This document shows, in pieces, positions 27,050 to 39,959 of a stretch of DNA of 64,000 nucleotides. This stretch comes from Chiloscyllium plagiosum (taxonomy: Eukaryota). The notes under the pieces were generated by a model, which was not told the DNA's origin, searched no databases, and saw only the letters and a program-made list of their open reading frames with translations. Position numbers and translations under genes: made by a program. How positions within the stretch are numbered: position 1 is the stretch's first letter; each line of letters starts with the position of its first letter. Location of the stretch: positions 8,687,616 through 8,751,615 of the forward strand of contig NC_057752.1 in the NCBI RefSeq assembly GCF_004010195.1. The letters run 5' to 3'.

Positions 27050-27352
27050 TCACTCTGGATGTAGGTTTGCTCGCTGAACTGGAAGGTTCATTTTCAGACG
27101 TTTTGTCACCATACTAGGTAATATCATCAGTGCACCTCTGAATGAAACACTGGTGGTGTAGCCTGTTTTCTATTTACAGGTTTGCATTTCCCAGGGTTTG
27201 TGATGCCATTTCCTGTGGTGACATCATTTTCTTTGGTGATGTAATTTCTGGTTCATTTTCTCAAGGGGTGGTAAATGGGCTCCAAGTCAATGTGTTTATT
27301 AATAGAGTTCAGGTTGGAATGCCGTGCTTCTAGGAATTCTCGTGCATGTCTC
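27050..27352 (-). mobile_element. PLE 3' fragment (family B-related) with decayed hammerhead
   Basis: Minus: AREFLEARHSNLNSINKHIDL then gca-ctgatga-t-attacc-tagta-tggtgac-aaaacgtc. Confidence 0.8.
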
Positions 27353-27529
27353 GTGTCTCATGGGATTTTTCTCCATTGATGATTCATAGTTGTGTTATGA
27401 GATGCAAATTTACATCAAGAGAACACAGTTGCAAAAAACCAAACTAAACCAGTCCAGTGCATCTTGGGCTTGTAGTGGATTTGCCTTCGAAATGTGCAGA
27501 TAGAAGGCATTCGTGATTAACCAACATAT

Positions 27530-27860
27530 AAACATAAGAAATAGGAGCACGAGGTGGCCATTTGGCCCCTCAATGCTGCCCAGATATTCCACAAGACCAT
27601 AGCTAATCTGCCCACCATGACTCCTCTTTTTTGCCACCTCAGCATAGTCATCAACTCCCTAATATTTCAAAAATCCTCTTCTTTAATACTTTCAGTGATC
27701 GAGGCTCCACAATTCTCTGGGGTAGAGAATTCAATGCCCCCTGGAAAAAGAAATTCCTTCATATCTTAGTTCTAAATGAGTATCACCTTATGTGGCCCCA
27801 CATGCTGGGACATCTTCTCAACACCTACCCTGTCAGGCCCCCTCAGAATCTCTATGTTTC
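27530..27860 (-). mobile_element. CR1 3' end, old
   Basis: aacataagaaataggagcacgaggtggccatttggcccc: reverse CR1 tail. Confidence 0.75.
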
Positions 27861-27969
27861 AATGTTAACTTTGGCTTCTTGAAAGGATACAACAAAGTCA
27901 TACATCTAAAAAGCTCACTCAAGGCCATTTCTTCAGTGAAGACTTCTTTAGCACACATCTCCAACTACA

Positions 27970-28352
27970 AGGGACTTGAGGCTATTTTCATTAGAGAGAA
28001 GGTTGAGAGGTGACTTCATTGAGACAAGATAATCAGAGGGTTAGATAGGTTGGAGAGAGCCAGTGAGAGCCTTTTTGCTCAGATGGTGATGGTTAACATG
28101 AGGGGACATAGCTTTAAATTGAGGGATGATAGATATAGGACAGATGTCAGAGGTAGTATCTTTACTCAAGAGTGTAGTAGGGGCAACAGTAGTAGACTCA
28201 CCAACTTTAAGGGGATTTAATTGAATAAATGGTCATTGGATAAATATATGGATGAAAATGGAATAGCGTAGGTTGCATGGGCTTCAGCTTGGTTTCACAG
28301 GTCGGTGCAACATTGAGAGCTGAAGGGTTTGTATTGCACTGTAATGTTCTAC
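27970..28352 (+). mobile_element. CR1 3' end
   Basis: Colinear with 39000-39398; ends gtaatgttcta. Confidence 0.85.
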
Positions 28353-29029
28353 ATTGGTAGAAACCTTAAACACTTTCTCTTGACACCTCCTGGCAAACAA
28401 ATTCCCAACATTTTTATACTCATGATCTCTAGTCTAATGAATGACTTAAGAGTAAGATTCCGTATTCCTCTTACCCAAAGGAAAAGCTCCTCTTTTGTGG
28501 TCTTCTAGGTTTTATAGTGAGCTTCTGAACCTCAACTCAGTCATTCCTTACAGAATGATATCCTATAACATTTGTAACTTGTTGCAAGGGTAATTTGAAA
28601 ATTGACACTTTGAAAAGGTACAAGTGTTCAAAAAGTTTGATGCTATAACCAGTTTTGGTGGTTAAACTGTGCTTTAAGACCACAGAATAAAAACTGAGGT
28701 TCAAGAAAAACTGAGTTTTACAGCCCAAGAATACTAATAGCTCACTTTGGACTGTTAAACAGACGCAATTTAAACAGCAAAATAAATTGAATGCAAACAT
28801 TTTCCCCATACTTCACTGACACAAACTACTAGTTTTCTATCATGTTTCATCAGCAATTGGTCAGTTTCACAGTTTGACAGCATCCAAAGATTATTGCATG
28901 AATTTCCTGTGGTTACTCACTAGATGCACTCATAATCCATCCTGTTTTGGGAGTTAGAACAAGAACAGTAGTAAGCGCTTTAACTAACACAGGGCATATA
29001 CAAAAATCAATCCTAAAATTATAAGCAAT

Positions 29030-30278
29030 ACTGGAGTCGTACCGGAGGACTGGAGAGAGGCAAATGTAATTCCTCTCTTCAAGGAAATAGGGAAATCCCC
29101 GGCAATTACAGACCAGTAAGTCTCACGTCTGTCGTCTGAAAGGTGTTAGAAAGGATTCTGAGGGATAGGATTTATGACCATCTGGAAGAGTATGGCTTGA
29201 TTAAATGCAGTCAACACGTCTTTGTGAGGGGCAGGTCATGCCTCACAAACCTTATCGAGTTCTTTGAGGATGTGACTAGAAAAGTTGATGAAGGTCGAGC
29301 TGTGGATGTGGTGTATATGGACTTCAGCTAGGCATTTGATAAGGTTCCCCATGGTAGGCTCATTCAGAAGGTCAGGAGGAATGGGATTCAGGGGAACTTG
29401 GCTGTCTGGATACAGAATTGGCTGGCCAACAGAAGACAGCGAGTGGTAGTAGAAGGAAAATATTCTGCCTGGAAGTCTGTGGTGAGTGGTGTTCCACAGG
29501 GCTCTGTCCTTGGGCCTCTATTGTTTGTAATTTTTATTAATGACTTGGATGAGGGGATTGAAGGATGGGTCAGCAAGTTTGCAGATGACACAAAGGTTGG
29601 AGGTGTCGTTGACAATATAGAGGGCTGTTGTAGGCTGCAGAGGGACATTGACAGGATGCAGAGATGGGCTGAGAGGTGGCAGATGGAGTTCAACCTGGAT
29701 AAATGCGAGGTGATGCATTTTGGAAGGTCAAATTTGAAATCTGAGTACAGGATTAAATACAGGCTTCTTGGCAGTGTGGAGGAACAGAGAGATCTTGGTG
29801 TGCAGGTACATAGATCCCTTAAAATGGCCACCCAAGTGGACAGGGTTGTTAAGAAAGCATATGGTGTTTTGGCTTTCATTAACAAGGGGATTGAGTTTAA
29901 GAGTCGTGAGATCTTATTGCAGGTCTATAAAACTTTGGTTGGACCGCACTTGGAATACTGTGTCCAGTTCTGGTCGCCCTATTATAGGAAAGATGTGGAT
30001 ACTTTGGAGAGGGTTCAGAGGAGGGAGGGGTCATAGTTTTAAGCTGGTTGGAGGAAAGTATAGAGGGGATGTCAGAGGCGGGTTCTTTACACAGAGTTGA
30101 GAGAGCATGGAATGCGCTGCCAGCAGCAGTTGTGGAAGCAAGGTCATTAGGGACATTTAAGAGACTGCTGGACATGCATATGGTCACAGAAATTTGAGGG
30201 TGCATACATGAGAATCAGTGGTCAGCACAACATCGTGGGCTGAAGGGCCTGTTCTGTGCTGTACTGTTCTATGTTCTA
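29030..30278 (+). mobile_element. CR1 LINE, relatively young (RT to 3' end, short internal deletion at ~30020)
   Basis: GRSCLTNLIEFFE, SGVPQGSVLGPLLFVIFINDL, SKFADDTK; tail ttctatgttcta. Confidence 0.97.
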
Positions 30279-30451
30279 CTGCTTATTACCAGTGGCCAAA
30301 CTTATAAACAACTGATAGTCTTTTGAGCAATTTGTTCAAATATCCTTAAAACTATTTAGCTATTTGCCTGAGTGAATAACATTACCTCTTTTGAAAATGA
30401 TTCTATTAAACATAAATTGATAAACGATTGTGAAATTAATGAAAACCAATA

Positions 30452-31236
30452 TTTGATTTATTTATTGTCACATGTATCTTGTTAAAAAAATAGTGAGAAG
30501 TGCTGTTTGGTGTCACCACTCTCCAGGGCCATCTTAATATACACAGATAAATAAACCAAAACATAGAATATAAAGGCAGAAAATTAAATAAATAAAGTGT
30601 TCAACTTTACAGTCCTTCTTGTTAATGCTCCACGAGCAGCTATGGGCCTCGTAGCCAGACACAAGTCCCCTTCACCATGCCACCGCTGCTGGAACAAAGG
30701 TCGCTACTCTTCAGTGCCATGTCAGCTCCATCAATGCCCTCACCACTATGAGTCCTTGCTAGACATAGCCAATGCAGATGCCACCAGGTACCACACTGGT
30801 GGCCCAAACTTGATTCCGCCACCATGAGTCCGCTTCGGGCCCACCTCATCAATGCAGCTGCTACTGATCCTGCAGGTCTCCTACAAAGCCCAAATGCACC
30901 TCTGTTGTTGCCTCCATGAATCTTCACTGGATGCAGAGACTGCCAGGAACCCAAACTCACCTCTCCTGCAGTAGCCATGAGTTGGTAAGAGGACTGCCTC
31001 TTCAAATGCAGAAGCTGCTGGGAACCCAAACTCACTTCTGACACCACTGCCATGAAGTCCATGCTGGGCTTGCTCACCGCCGCTGATGCTGTCATCACAA
31101 CCAAGCTCTTCACCAAGACGCAAGTGAAATAAGTGAAAAAAAACAAAGAGAAAAATAAACCAAAAGAAAAGTGGGCAGAGTGGACAAGCCCCAGGCTCAG
31201 AAGCCCTACTCCACCATCATCTTACTGGATGTCCGG
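30452..31236 (-). mobile_element. ~780-bp non-autonomous retroposon with Rex1/Babar-like tail
   Basis: Both ends homologous to 39960-40736 in the opposite orientation; minus 3' end catgtgacaataaataaatcaa. Confidence 0.65.
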
Positions 31237-32634
31237 TATCAGCTAATAACCATATTTCCTCAAAGTCTAATTTTGTATGAGGCTGACTAAATAATCAAGG
31301 TTCTGGGAAAGCCAACTCTCCAACAGGATTGATTTTCATGATGAAATACTTTGGCAATAAGCAATTTAATCTGCTTCGTTATAGGACCAAAACAATCCAA
31401 ATATATGGAAAGATCATTGTTAAAATAGAGTGATGTCTGACCAGACTATAAGCTTTTTACTTGCAAGAACAAAATGTTGCCAGCAAAATCTTCAAATAGA
31501 CTTGAAGCAGTATTAAAAAAAAGTACTTAATATTTAATCACTGAAGACATTTCAGTGTTTTACAGTTAATTAAGTACTTTTGATTTGTTAGCCATTGTTG
31601 ACATGTAGGACATTTGAAGAGAAAAGTTGAAAAAAAATGAAACAGTTGGTGACCTCCTCTGTCACCAACAAACTGGAATTTATGTAATTTGGAGAAATTT
31701 CAAGAAATTTCAAGGCCTGAAGCAAATGAGAAAAAAGAAAACATACATGAACAATGGAAAGCAGGATTCAAATCAGTGATCTCATCTTGAAGCAAATTCC
31801 CCAACAACGATGAGAACAAGATTTAGAAAGCAAAGTAATGTACTTGCTTCTTGTGTTGGATACAATGCTGACTCCAATTAGAAAAAAAATGATGCTTTAG
31901 CATCTGACAAGAAACTGCTCAACCTACACCCATTGCAATAAAGTGAAAATATCTCACCCTCCAGTATACATATCCATCTCCTTGAATGGAGTTACTCAAC
32001 CACAAAAAGAACTACAACCGGTCTCCAACTATTGAGTTTAAAAGGTCTGCTGCACAGAACAGTTGCAGTGAACATCTAATTTTAGTTAGAAACTAATGCC
32101 AAGTCAAGTTTAGTCATCTTCAACTAATACTTTTCTATTGTTCAAACTTATATATCTGGATTAATTAATTGCACAAAGAACCGAATTTGTTATTCTCACC
32201 TGTTTGGGACAGGGTAACAGTTTTACAAAGCTGTTTTGCATTCAGTCCAAATTTAGTCACACAGGTATTGCTTGATGCAAGGTGATAACATCTACACTAG
32301 TCACAAATATTATTGACTGATTAACAACAAAGCTTTCTGATGATCCACATAATAATTCATTCAAGACACATATGGTTGCATCAATTGCAAAACTTCATCT
32401 TCTTTAATTATGAAAGAGAGAGAGTGATCAACTCATCACCAGCAAGCTGATGCCAATGATAGAACATTGGAGCTTAGAGAAAATGATGCCCCTTGGGTTA
32501 AACTCACCATCAGTTGTCTCTCTAATACAGACAATGTAAAGTTACCTTTTTTAATCCTATTTCTGTTTCACCATTTACAAAATTTTTCAATATTTAATTT
32601 TTAAAAATAGCTTTTGCTAAAATACCTTTCATAA

Positions 32635-33974
32635 TTTGTGCGAAGATTTGTAGCTCGGGTGCTCGTTGTTGTGGTTCTGTTTGCCGAGCTGGAAGTTTTT
32701 GTTGCAAACGTTTCATCCCCTGGCTAGGCGACATCAGTACTTGGGAGCCTCCTGCGAAGCGCTTCTTTGATGTTTCCTCCAGTGTTTATAGTGGTCTGTC
32801 CCTGCCGCTTCCGGTTGTCAGTTTCAGCTGTCCGCTGTAGTGGTGGTTGGTATATTGGGTCCAGGTCGATGTGTTTGTTGATGGAGTTTGTGGATGAATG
32901 CCATGCCTCTAGGAATTCCCTGGCTGATCTCTGTCTGGTTTTCCCTATGATAGTAGTGTTGTCCCAGTCGAATTCATGTTGCTTGTTGTCTGCGTGTGTG
33001 GCTACGAAGGATAGCTGGTCGTGTCGTTTCGTGGCTAGTTGATGTTCATGTATGCGGATTGTTAGCTGTCTTCCTGTTTGTCCTATAGTGTTTAGTGCAG
33101 TCCTTGCATGGTATTTTGTACACTACATTCGTCTTGCCCATGTTGGGTATCGGGTCCTTCGTTCTGGTGAGTCGTTGTCTGAGCGTGGCTGTTGGTTTGA
33201 TTGCCGTTATGAGTCCTAGGGGTCGCAGTAGTCTGGCAGTCAGTTCCGAGATGCTCCTGATGTAGTGTGGCTAGTCCTTTTGGTTGTGGTATGTCCTCAT
33301 TCCTGCCTTGCTGATCTTTAAGGTAGCCAATTCTCTCTCTAGTGACCCATTTGGTCTTAATGTATTTCTAAAAACCCTTTCCCTATTCCTTACCTTATTT
33401 GCCAAAGTGGTGTCCTGTCCCCTTTTTGCCTTACTTATTTTATTCTTAAGTATACTATTCTTGCCTTTATACTCGAAGGATGTTTGTGATTTTTTGGATT
33501 GGAATAAATGCAAAATATTACATCTTGGTAAAACAAACAAGGGCAGGACTTACACTGATTAAAGGTTGGGCCTCGGATAGTGATATGGAACAAAGAGACC
33601 GAGGGGTTCTGGTCTTTGAAGTATGTGTCACATGCAGACAGGGTGGTTCAGAAGGGGTTTAGCACATTTGCCTTCTGGGACAACACTACTATCATAGGGC
33701 AATCCAGACAGAGAACAGCCAGGGAATTCCTAGAGGATTGGCATTCATCCACAAACTCCATCAACAAACACATCGACCTGGACCCAATATACCAACCACT
33801 ACAGCGGACAGCTGAAACTGACAACCAGAAGCGGCAGGGACAGACCACTATAAACACCGGAGGAAACATTAAAGAAGCGCTTCGCAGGAGGCTCCCAAGC
33901 ACTGATGATGTCACCTAGCCAGGGGACGAAACGTTTGCAACAAAAACTTCCAGCTCGGCGAACAGAACCACAAC
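32635..33974. mobile_element. Inverted PLE family B insertion enclosing CR1-derived DNA
   Basis: Minus arm 32635-33301 encodes GIY-YIG VVYKIPCKDCTKH..GQTGRQL; plus arm 33675-33974; perfect 13-bp TSD atacctttcataa at 32622-32634 and 33975-33987. Confidence 0.92.
33899..33938 (+). ncRNA. Minimal hammerhead ribozyme motif (family B)
   Basis: gca-CTGATGA-t-gtcacct-agcc-aggggac-GAA-ACGT-T-tgc. Confidence 0.8.
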
Positions 33975-34189
33975 ATACCTTTCATAACCCCAGGTTGGCC
34001 CATACTGCTTCAGAGTAATTACTTCCAAAGTTACAACCGATTTGCAGGTTGCTCCAACAAATGGATGTCCTAATAACCAATTTTTGCTGGTGTTAGTTTG
34101 GGGCAATAGGTTGGCCCAGAGATGAGTAAAATGGCCCTTCTCTTCCAATAGTGAGGTTTGAAGAGTGTCAAATCCCCAGGATCTAGCTG

Positions 34190-35632
34190 TTTCCAAAGGA
34201 TGTTAAGGGAAATTGGACAGCAAATTACAGCCACCCTAACGATAATCCAAGTTTTCCAGATACCAGAGTTGTCCCTCTGGATTGGAAAATTTATGTCATG
34301 CTGCTTTTTAAGAAGGACAAATGAAGAAATTTAGGGAATTACAGACCAGCTAGCTAGAAGTTCACAATCAAGGACCTGGTAACTGAATACCTTGAAAATA
34401 TTTTACTTAATCAGACAGCCAGCATGAATTCATGACAGGTAGGTCATACTAAATGAGCCTCATTGAATTTTTTGAAAATGACTAAAGTGGCAGACAGGGG
34501 AATGTCTATTAATGTTGTTTATATGGACTTCGAGGTATTTGGTAAATTCCTACGTAAGAGACTGTTAACGAAGGTAGATGTCCTTGGAATGGATAGAAAA
34601 TTACTGACATGGCTAGGAAATTGGTTGAGTGGCAGGTGACAAAGTAGAGAAAATGGGTAGGTGTTCAAATGGGCAGGATGGGACTAGTGAGATCCCAGAA
34701 GGATCTGTGTTAGGGCCTCACTTATTCTCATTATTTATTAACAACTTGGATAATGGCATAGCAAGTCATAAATCCAAATTTGCTGATGATATGTTAGGTG
34801 GCATTGTAGACAGTGTAGGTGGCAGCATAAAATTAAAGTGATATTCACAATCAAGGTGAATGGGAAAAACTGTGGCAGATGGAGTGCAATGTGTGAGGTT
34901 ATCAATTTTGGACCAATAAAAGGATAGATCAGGGTACATTCTCTATCGTATGGAGTTAAATATCGTGGATGTCCAAAGAGGTTTGGGGATTCAGGTGCAT
35001 AGACCTTTAAAATATAATAAACAGGTGCAGAAGCTAGTCAGGAAAACTAATGGAATGCTGGCCTTTATGATATCTAGAGAACTGGAGTATAAGGATGCAA
35101 GAGTTATGCTGCAGTTACACAAAACCCTGGTTAGACCCCACTTGAAGAACTGAGAGCACATCTGGGCAACATATCTCAGGAAGGCTATAATTGGCCAGGG
35201 GGTTGGATGAGGAGCAGTAATACAAATTAGGCCGGTTTTCTCCAGAATTTATGAGAAGCTTAAGGGGTGATCTGATTGAAGTATTCAAGACATTAACACG
35301 AACAGACAGGATAACAAAAGAACTATTTCCACAGGTTGGGGAGTTTACAACTAGGGGGCATAGACTGAAAATTAGGACCAGACTGTTCAGGTGAGATGTT
35401 AAGAAGCACTTCAACACACGAGTGGTAGACATTTGGAAATCTCACCCACAAATGGCAGCAGATGCAGGATTAGTTGTTAATTTTAAATCAAAAATAGATA
35501 ATGTTTTGTTAAGCAAAGGTATTAAGGGATATGGAGGCAGGTACGTGGAGTTAGGCAACAGCTCGGCCATGATCTCATTGAATGGTGGAACATGCTGGAG
35601 GAGCGGAATGGTCTACTCCTGTTCCTACATTC
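34190..35632 (+). mobile_element. Old CR1 LINE (RT to 3' end)
   Basis: IPEGSVLGPHLFSLFINNL, SKFADD, LHKTLVRPHL; CR1 3' UTR. Confidence 0.92.
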
Positions 35633-35649
35633 CTAAGTTTGGCAAGGCT

Positions 35650-36620
35650 TCTGTTTAATGGCTCATTCAAAGATTAGCATCTCTGACAATGCAGAGTTCA
35701 GTGAGAGCATCTCATTAAAAATGAAAAAATGATCCTGTGGTGTAAGGTGTGTGATTTATCTACATTTTACAATCATTTCAGAGTTTCGATTTGAACTAAT
35801 GCCATGTGGATATAGTCTGCGTCTGAAAGGGTTTAATGATCAACTTATAGGTTTTTCTGTAGAAATTATGACTTCTTTCAAAAACACAGTATCAGAGAGA
35901 CACTTCCTGGAGAATCATAGAGATTGGTTTACATTGGGAGAGTATACAAGGGAACAAAGTAAACAGCATAGTAAATTAAACTTTCAGATAGAAGACTGAA
36001 TTGTTTTTGGGTGGAGGGGAAACACTCAACTTGCAAAAAACATCTGGGTTTAGTGGAGCATTTTGCAGAAGTTTTGGTTGAAACCATATGTGCAAAACGT
36101 TTGCGCCTGAAAAATGGAGGTAAAGACAGGTTCTCAGTGTAAGGAGGTTTAAATTAAAAGTTCCAGACCAGAAGTGTTTGGCTCAAACCCTGAAGGGTTA
36201 TTTAAAGTTGAGAAAGTAAAAGCTCAATTGCATGAAGGCTCCAACAAGAGGCTCAGGTTCTGAAGGTATATTGAAACCACAGTTAAAATTAAGTCCTATA
36301 GAAGTGAATAGGAGGGATTTCTCTCTCATGTGAGTACTGTAAAGGAGATTTGAGGATTAATGGGATTGTGTTTTGAATCTTTAAATGTGCGAGACATGTA
36401 AATAGTTTGGCTAATTCTATGTATCTTCAAACAATAAACAGTTTATTGTTAAAACCAAATCTGCAACAGTGTGTGCTTGTAGTTCAGTGAGAGCATCTCA
36501 ATAAAAATGAAAAATGATCTTGCGAGCCAGATTTCAGTCTGGGATTGGACTTGCACAGTAATGACATCTGGGATCATAACACTCTCGCAATATTACAATG
36601 AAGCATCAACCTAGATCAAG
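35650..36620. mobile_element. Deu-SINE-like fragment (minus) interrupted by a solo LTR-like element (~35695-36581, plus)
   Basis: Flanks gtttaatggctcattcaaagattagcatctctgacaatgcag / ctctcgcaatattacaatgaagcatcaacctagat rejoin as an AmnSINE/SacSINE-like core; insert has aataaa and ends gggatcataaca. Confidence 0.5.
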
Positions 36621-37985
36621 TTCCTCCAACCCGTCCACATAGAGAGGTCACATTTCAACTTCTCTCCCTCAGTGGGAGGGGGTGAGCCAATTTCAGAAAA
36701 TAAGATTTGGCAAAATAATAAATGAGATGAGTTTCAGAAAGAAACTTTAATCAATAATGTAAATAATTAATTCAGGAAGAGGGGCAGAGACAGAAGAACC
36801 AGGAACTAGCTAAGGAGTAGAGTTTGAGTTTAAGTAACTCTGGCCTTGCTTTCACATCTGGGTGGGGAGCTCACTCTAAGCTGACCCCAATGAGATTCAC
36901 CCTAAAGCAGGCGTCAGAAGCAGGGTGCCTGTCAGCCTGGGTTTTCGTCCTCTCCTAGCCTACTCTGTCAAAAGGCTTTTGGAGAAGGAGACTTCAGGGT
37001 CATTATCTCCTGTGGAATCATGCCATCAAATAATCAGAATCTAACAGTAGTGGAGGAAGGAAACAGAGCAGCCCAAAAATGAACTTGTAGGAAACAATGA
37101 CCAAAACTGGCACCACGTAACCCATGCAACAATGATTGAAATATAAAGAGGTTTAGCTTCCTAAATTTATTCAAAGAATACTATGGGATACAAAAGGAAT
37201 CTGTTGTTACACATTTAGTTCCACTTCACAATTACTAGCACTACTGGATTTCAAAGAAAATCAAAGAAAATCAATGTTCCAACGTACTGCAGCATAATTA
37301 GAGAAACCCAGGCACCCATTGAAAGTACAAAGGACACTCGTGATTCATAAAAGTCAACTGACACTAAAAATCCTGATTATAAGATGTCACTGTTACCAAA
37401 ATGAGTGTACAAAACATCCTGCACAGTATGCATTTGAGAAATAGAAAGTACACACACAATAAAGTTGTAAAGGCTGAAAGTTAATCAAGACAGCTCCAAT
37501 GCCAGCAGAGCAGTTAATGGCTTGTGACTTCCAGTTACTGACAGACTTTCAATAGGACTTTCAAATGCAAGTACAGTAATTTTGTTTCTCCCCTTCCATG
37601 CTACTTAAAGCTGAATGAATATAAAATGTACACCTTGGCATGTAGAACACAACTAGATGGAGGGAAACAGCCAAAGTAATAATATTGTTTTAACTTATGA
37701 TACCATTATAAAAAGATTCTGCTTACAACAGATTAAACACCGATACAAAAGTCACTTAGAATATTAATTAGGAATAAGTTTCTGTGCTCAATTGCTAAAG
37801 ATGTTTTCTGTGATTGCTTTCACCATGATGCAATGATTGTACTCAACGCAGCCCTGAAATTTAATAAAAACGAAACATTGGGAATATTTGACAGGTCAGG
37901 CAGTAGCTGTAGAGGGAAAACGAAGAGTTACAATTAAATGTTTCAGTTTAACAAGCTTTAATCAGACTGGAAGTTAGAAATGGAA

Positions 37986-38180
37986 TAGTCGGTTCTGCTA
38001 TAATGTGTTTCTTCAACGTGAATTGGCTTTAATGCATTATTTGTATAATGTGAACTTTCCTTACATTATTGGCTATAATGCAATTCCAGCCCTCATTAGT
38101 TTGAATAGTGCAGCTATTGCACAATTTTCTTATAACATGAGATTGCACAAACAGAACTATTGCATTTTCAGAACCAGCTG
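37986..38180. mobile_element. Tc1/pogo-type MITE
   Basis: Imperfect TIRs tagtcggttctgctataatg / cattttcagaaccagctg followed by TA. Confidence 0.6.
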
Positions 38181-38374
38181 TAGGTCTTAAACAAGAGAAG
38201 CTGAGGGCAGGTAAAGAACTAGAAGTCAACAAAAGTTTTGAGGGCAGGAAGAGTAAAATAAAAGGGGTTTGTGAGTGGTTATGGCTTATATAAATAAACA
38301 AAAATAAAGTGGTGTTCAGAGGAAATGTCAACGGCAGAATGAGAAACAGTTGCCATTTATAAAGTCCAAAGAAA

Positions 38375-39597
38375 CATACAGCATAGAAACAGACCCTTCA
38401 GTCCAACTTGTCCATGCCGACCAGATATCCTAAATTAATCTAGTTCCATTTGCCAGCACCTGGCCCACATCCTTCTAAACCCTTCCAATTCTATACTCAT
38501 CCAGGTGCCTTTTAAATGTTGTAATTGTACCAGCCTCCACCACTTCCTCTGGCAGCTCATTCCATACACACACCACCCTCTGCATGAAAAAGATGCCGCT
38601 CAGGACCCTCTTAAATCATTCCCCTCTCACCTTAAATCTATGCCCTCTACTTTTGGACTCCCCCATCCCAGGGAAAAGATCTTGTCTATTTACCCTATCC
38701 ATGCCCCTCATGATTTTATTAACCTCTAGAAGGTCACCCCTCAGTCTCCAACACTCCAGGGAAAACAGCCCCAGCCTATTCAACCTCTCCCTATAGCTCA
38801 AGCCCTCCAACCCTGGCAACATTCTTGTTAATCTTTTCTGAACCCTTTCAAGTTTCACAAAATCCTTCCTATATCAGGGAGACAAGAATTGCGCACAGTA
38901 TTCCAAAAGTGGCCTAACCCATGACCTGTACAGCCGCAACATGACCTCCCAACTCCTGTACTCAATACTCCATGGACAATTGAAGATCGTATGAGGAAAG
39001 ACTGAGACACTTGGGGCTGTTTTCACTAGAGAAAAGAAGGTTTAGAGGTGACTTGATTGAGGTGTACAAGATGATTAGGGGGTTAGATAGGGTTGACAGT
39101 GTGAACCTTTTCCCGCGTATGGAGTCGGGTATTACAAGGGGGCATAGCTTTAAATTAAGGGGGGGTAGATATAGGACTGAAGTTAGGGGTAGGTTCTTCA
39201 CTCAGCGAGTCGTAAGTTCATGGAATGCCCTGCCAGTAGCAGTGGTGGACTCTCCCTCTTTATGGGCATTTAAGCGGGCATTGGATAGGTATATGGAGGA
39301 TAGTGGGTTAGTATAGGTTAGGTGGGCTTGGATCGGCGCAACATCGAGGGCCAAAGGGCCTGTACTGCGCTGTATTCTTCTATGTTCTATGTTCTATGTA
39401 CTCTGACCAATAAAAGAAAGCATACCAAATGCCTTCTTCACCATCCTATCCACGTGCGACTTCACTTTCAAGGAGCTATAAACCTGTACTCCAAGGTCTC
39501 TTTGTTCAGCAACACTCCCCAGGACCTTACCATTAAGTGTATAAGTTCTGCCCTGATTTGCCTTTCCAAAGTGCAACACCTCACATTTATCTAAATT
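38375..39597 (-). mobile_element. CR1 LINE 3' part, interrupted by a second CR1
   Basis: LDKCEVLHFGKANQGRTYTLNG...KLERVQKRLTRMLPGLEGLSYRERL; same family as 9220-9793. Confidence 0.95.
38971..39398 (+). mobile_element. Nested young CR1 3' end
   Basis: LFSLEKRRFRGDLIEVYKMIRGLD; (ttctatg)n tail; TSD tactc at 38966-38970 and 39399-39403. Confidence 0.93.
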
Positions 39598-39959
39598 AGA
39601 AAGTAAGGATGAAAAGAGAGATGAAACAAAAACCTGGAAAGAAAAAAAGGGAATCAAAACAGGAACAGAAGTTATAATCTCCAATTGTTGAGACCAGAAG
39701 GCTGCAGAGTGCATAATCAAAAGGCGATGTTCTGTTCCTCAAGCTTAGTGGAATACATCGATAGGCAGAGCATTGAGAAGTCAACAGATGAGCAAGTTGG
39801 AGATTTAAAGTTATTGGCAAACAGGAACTTGGGATTATATTTTTGGACCATATAAGTGTGTTCCACAAAGCAGCTACACATCATTTGGTCTTTCCAATAT
39901 AAAGCAGACGAATATAAACAGAAGATATAGAATACTGAATTCAAAGCACACAAAGGTGT

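Noticed and set aside
28380..28830. Possible additional LTR fragment
   Set aside because: No second copy, PBS/PPT or TSD visible to support it
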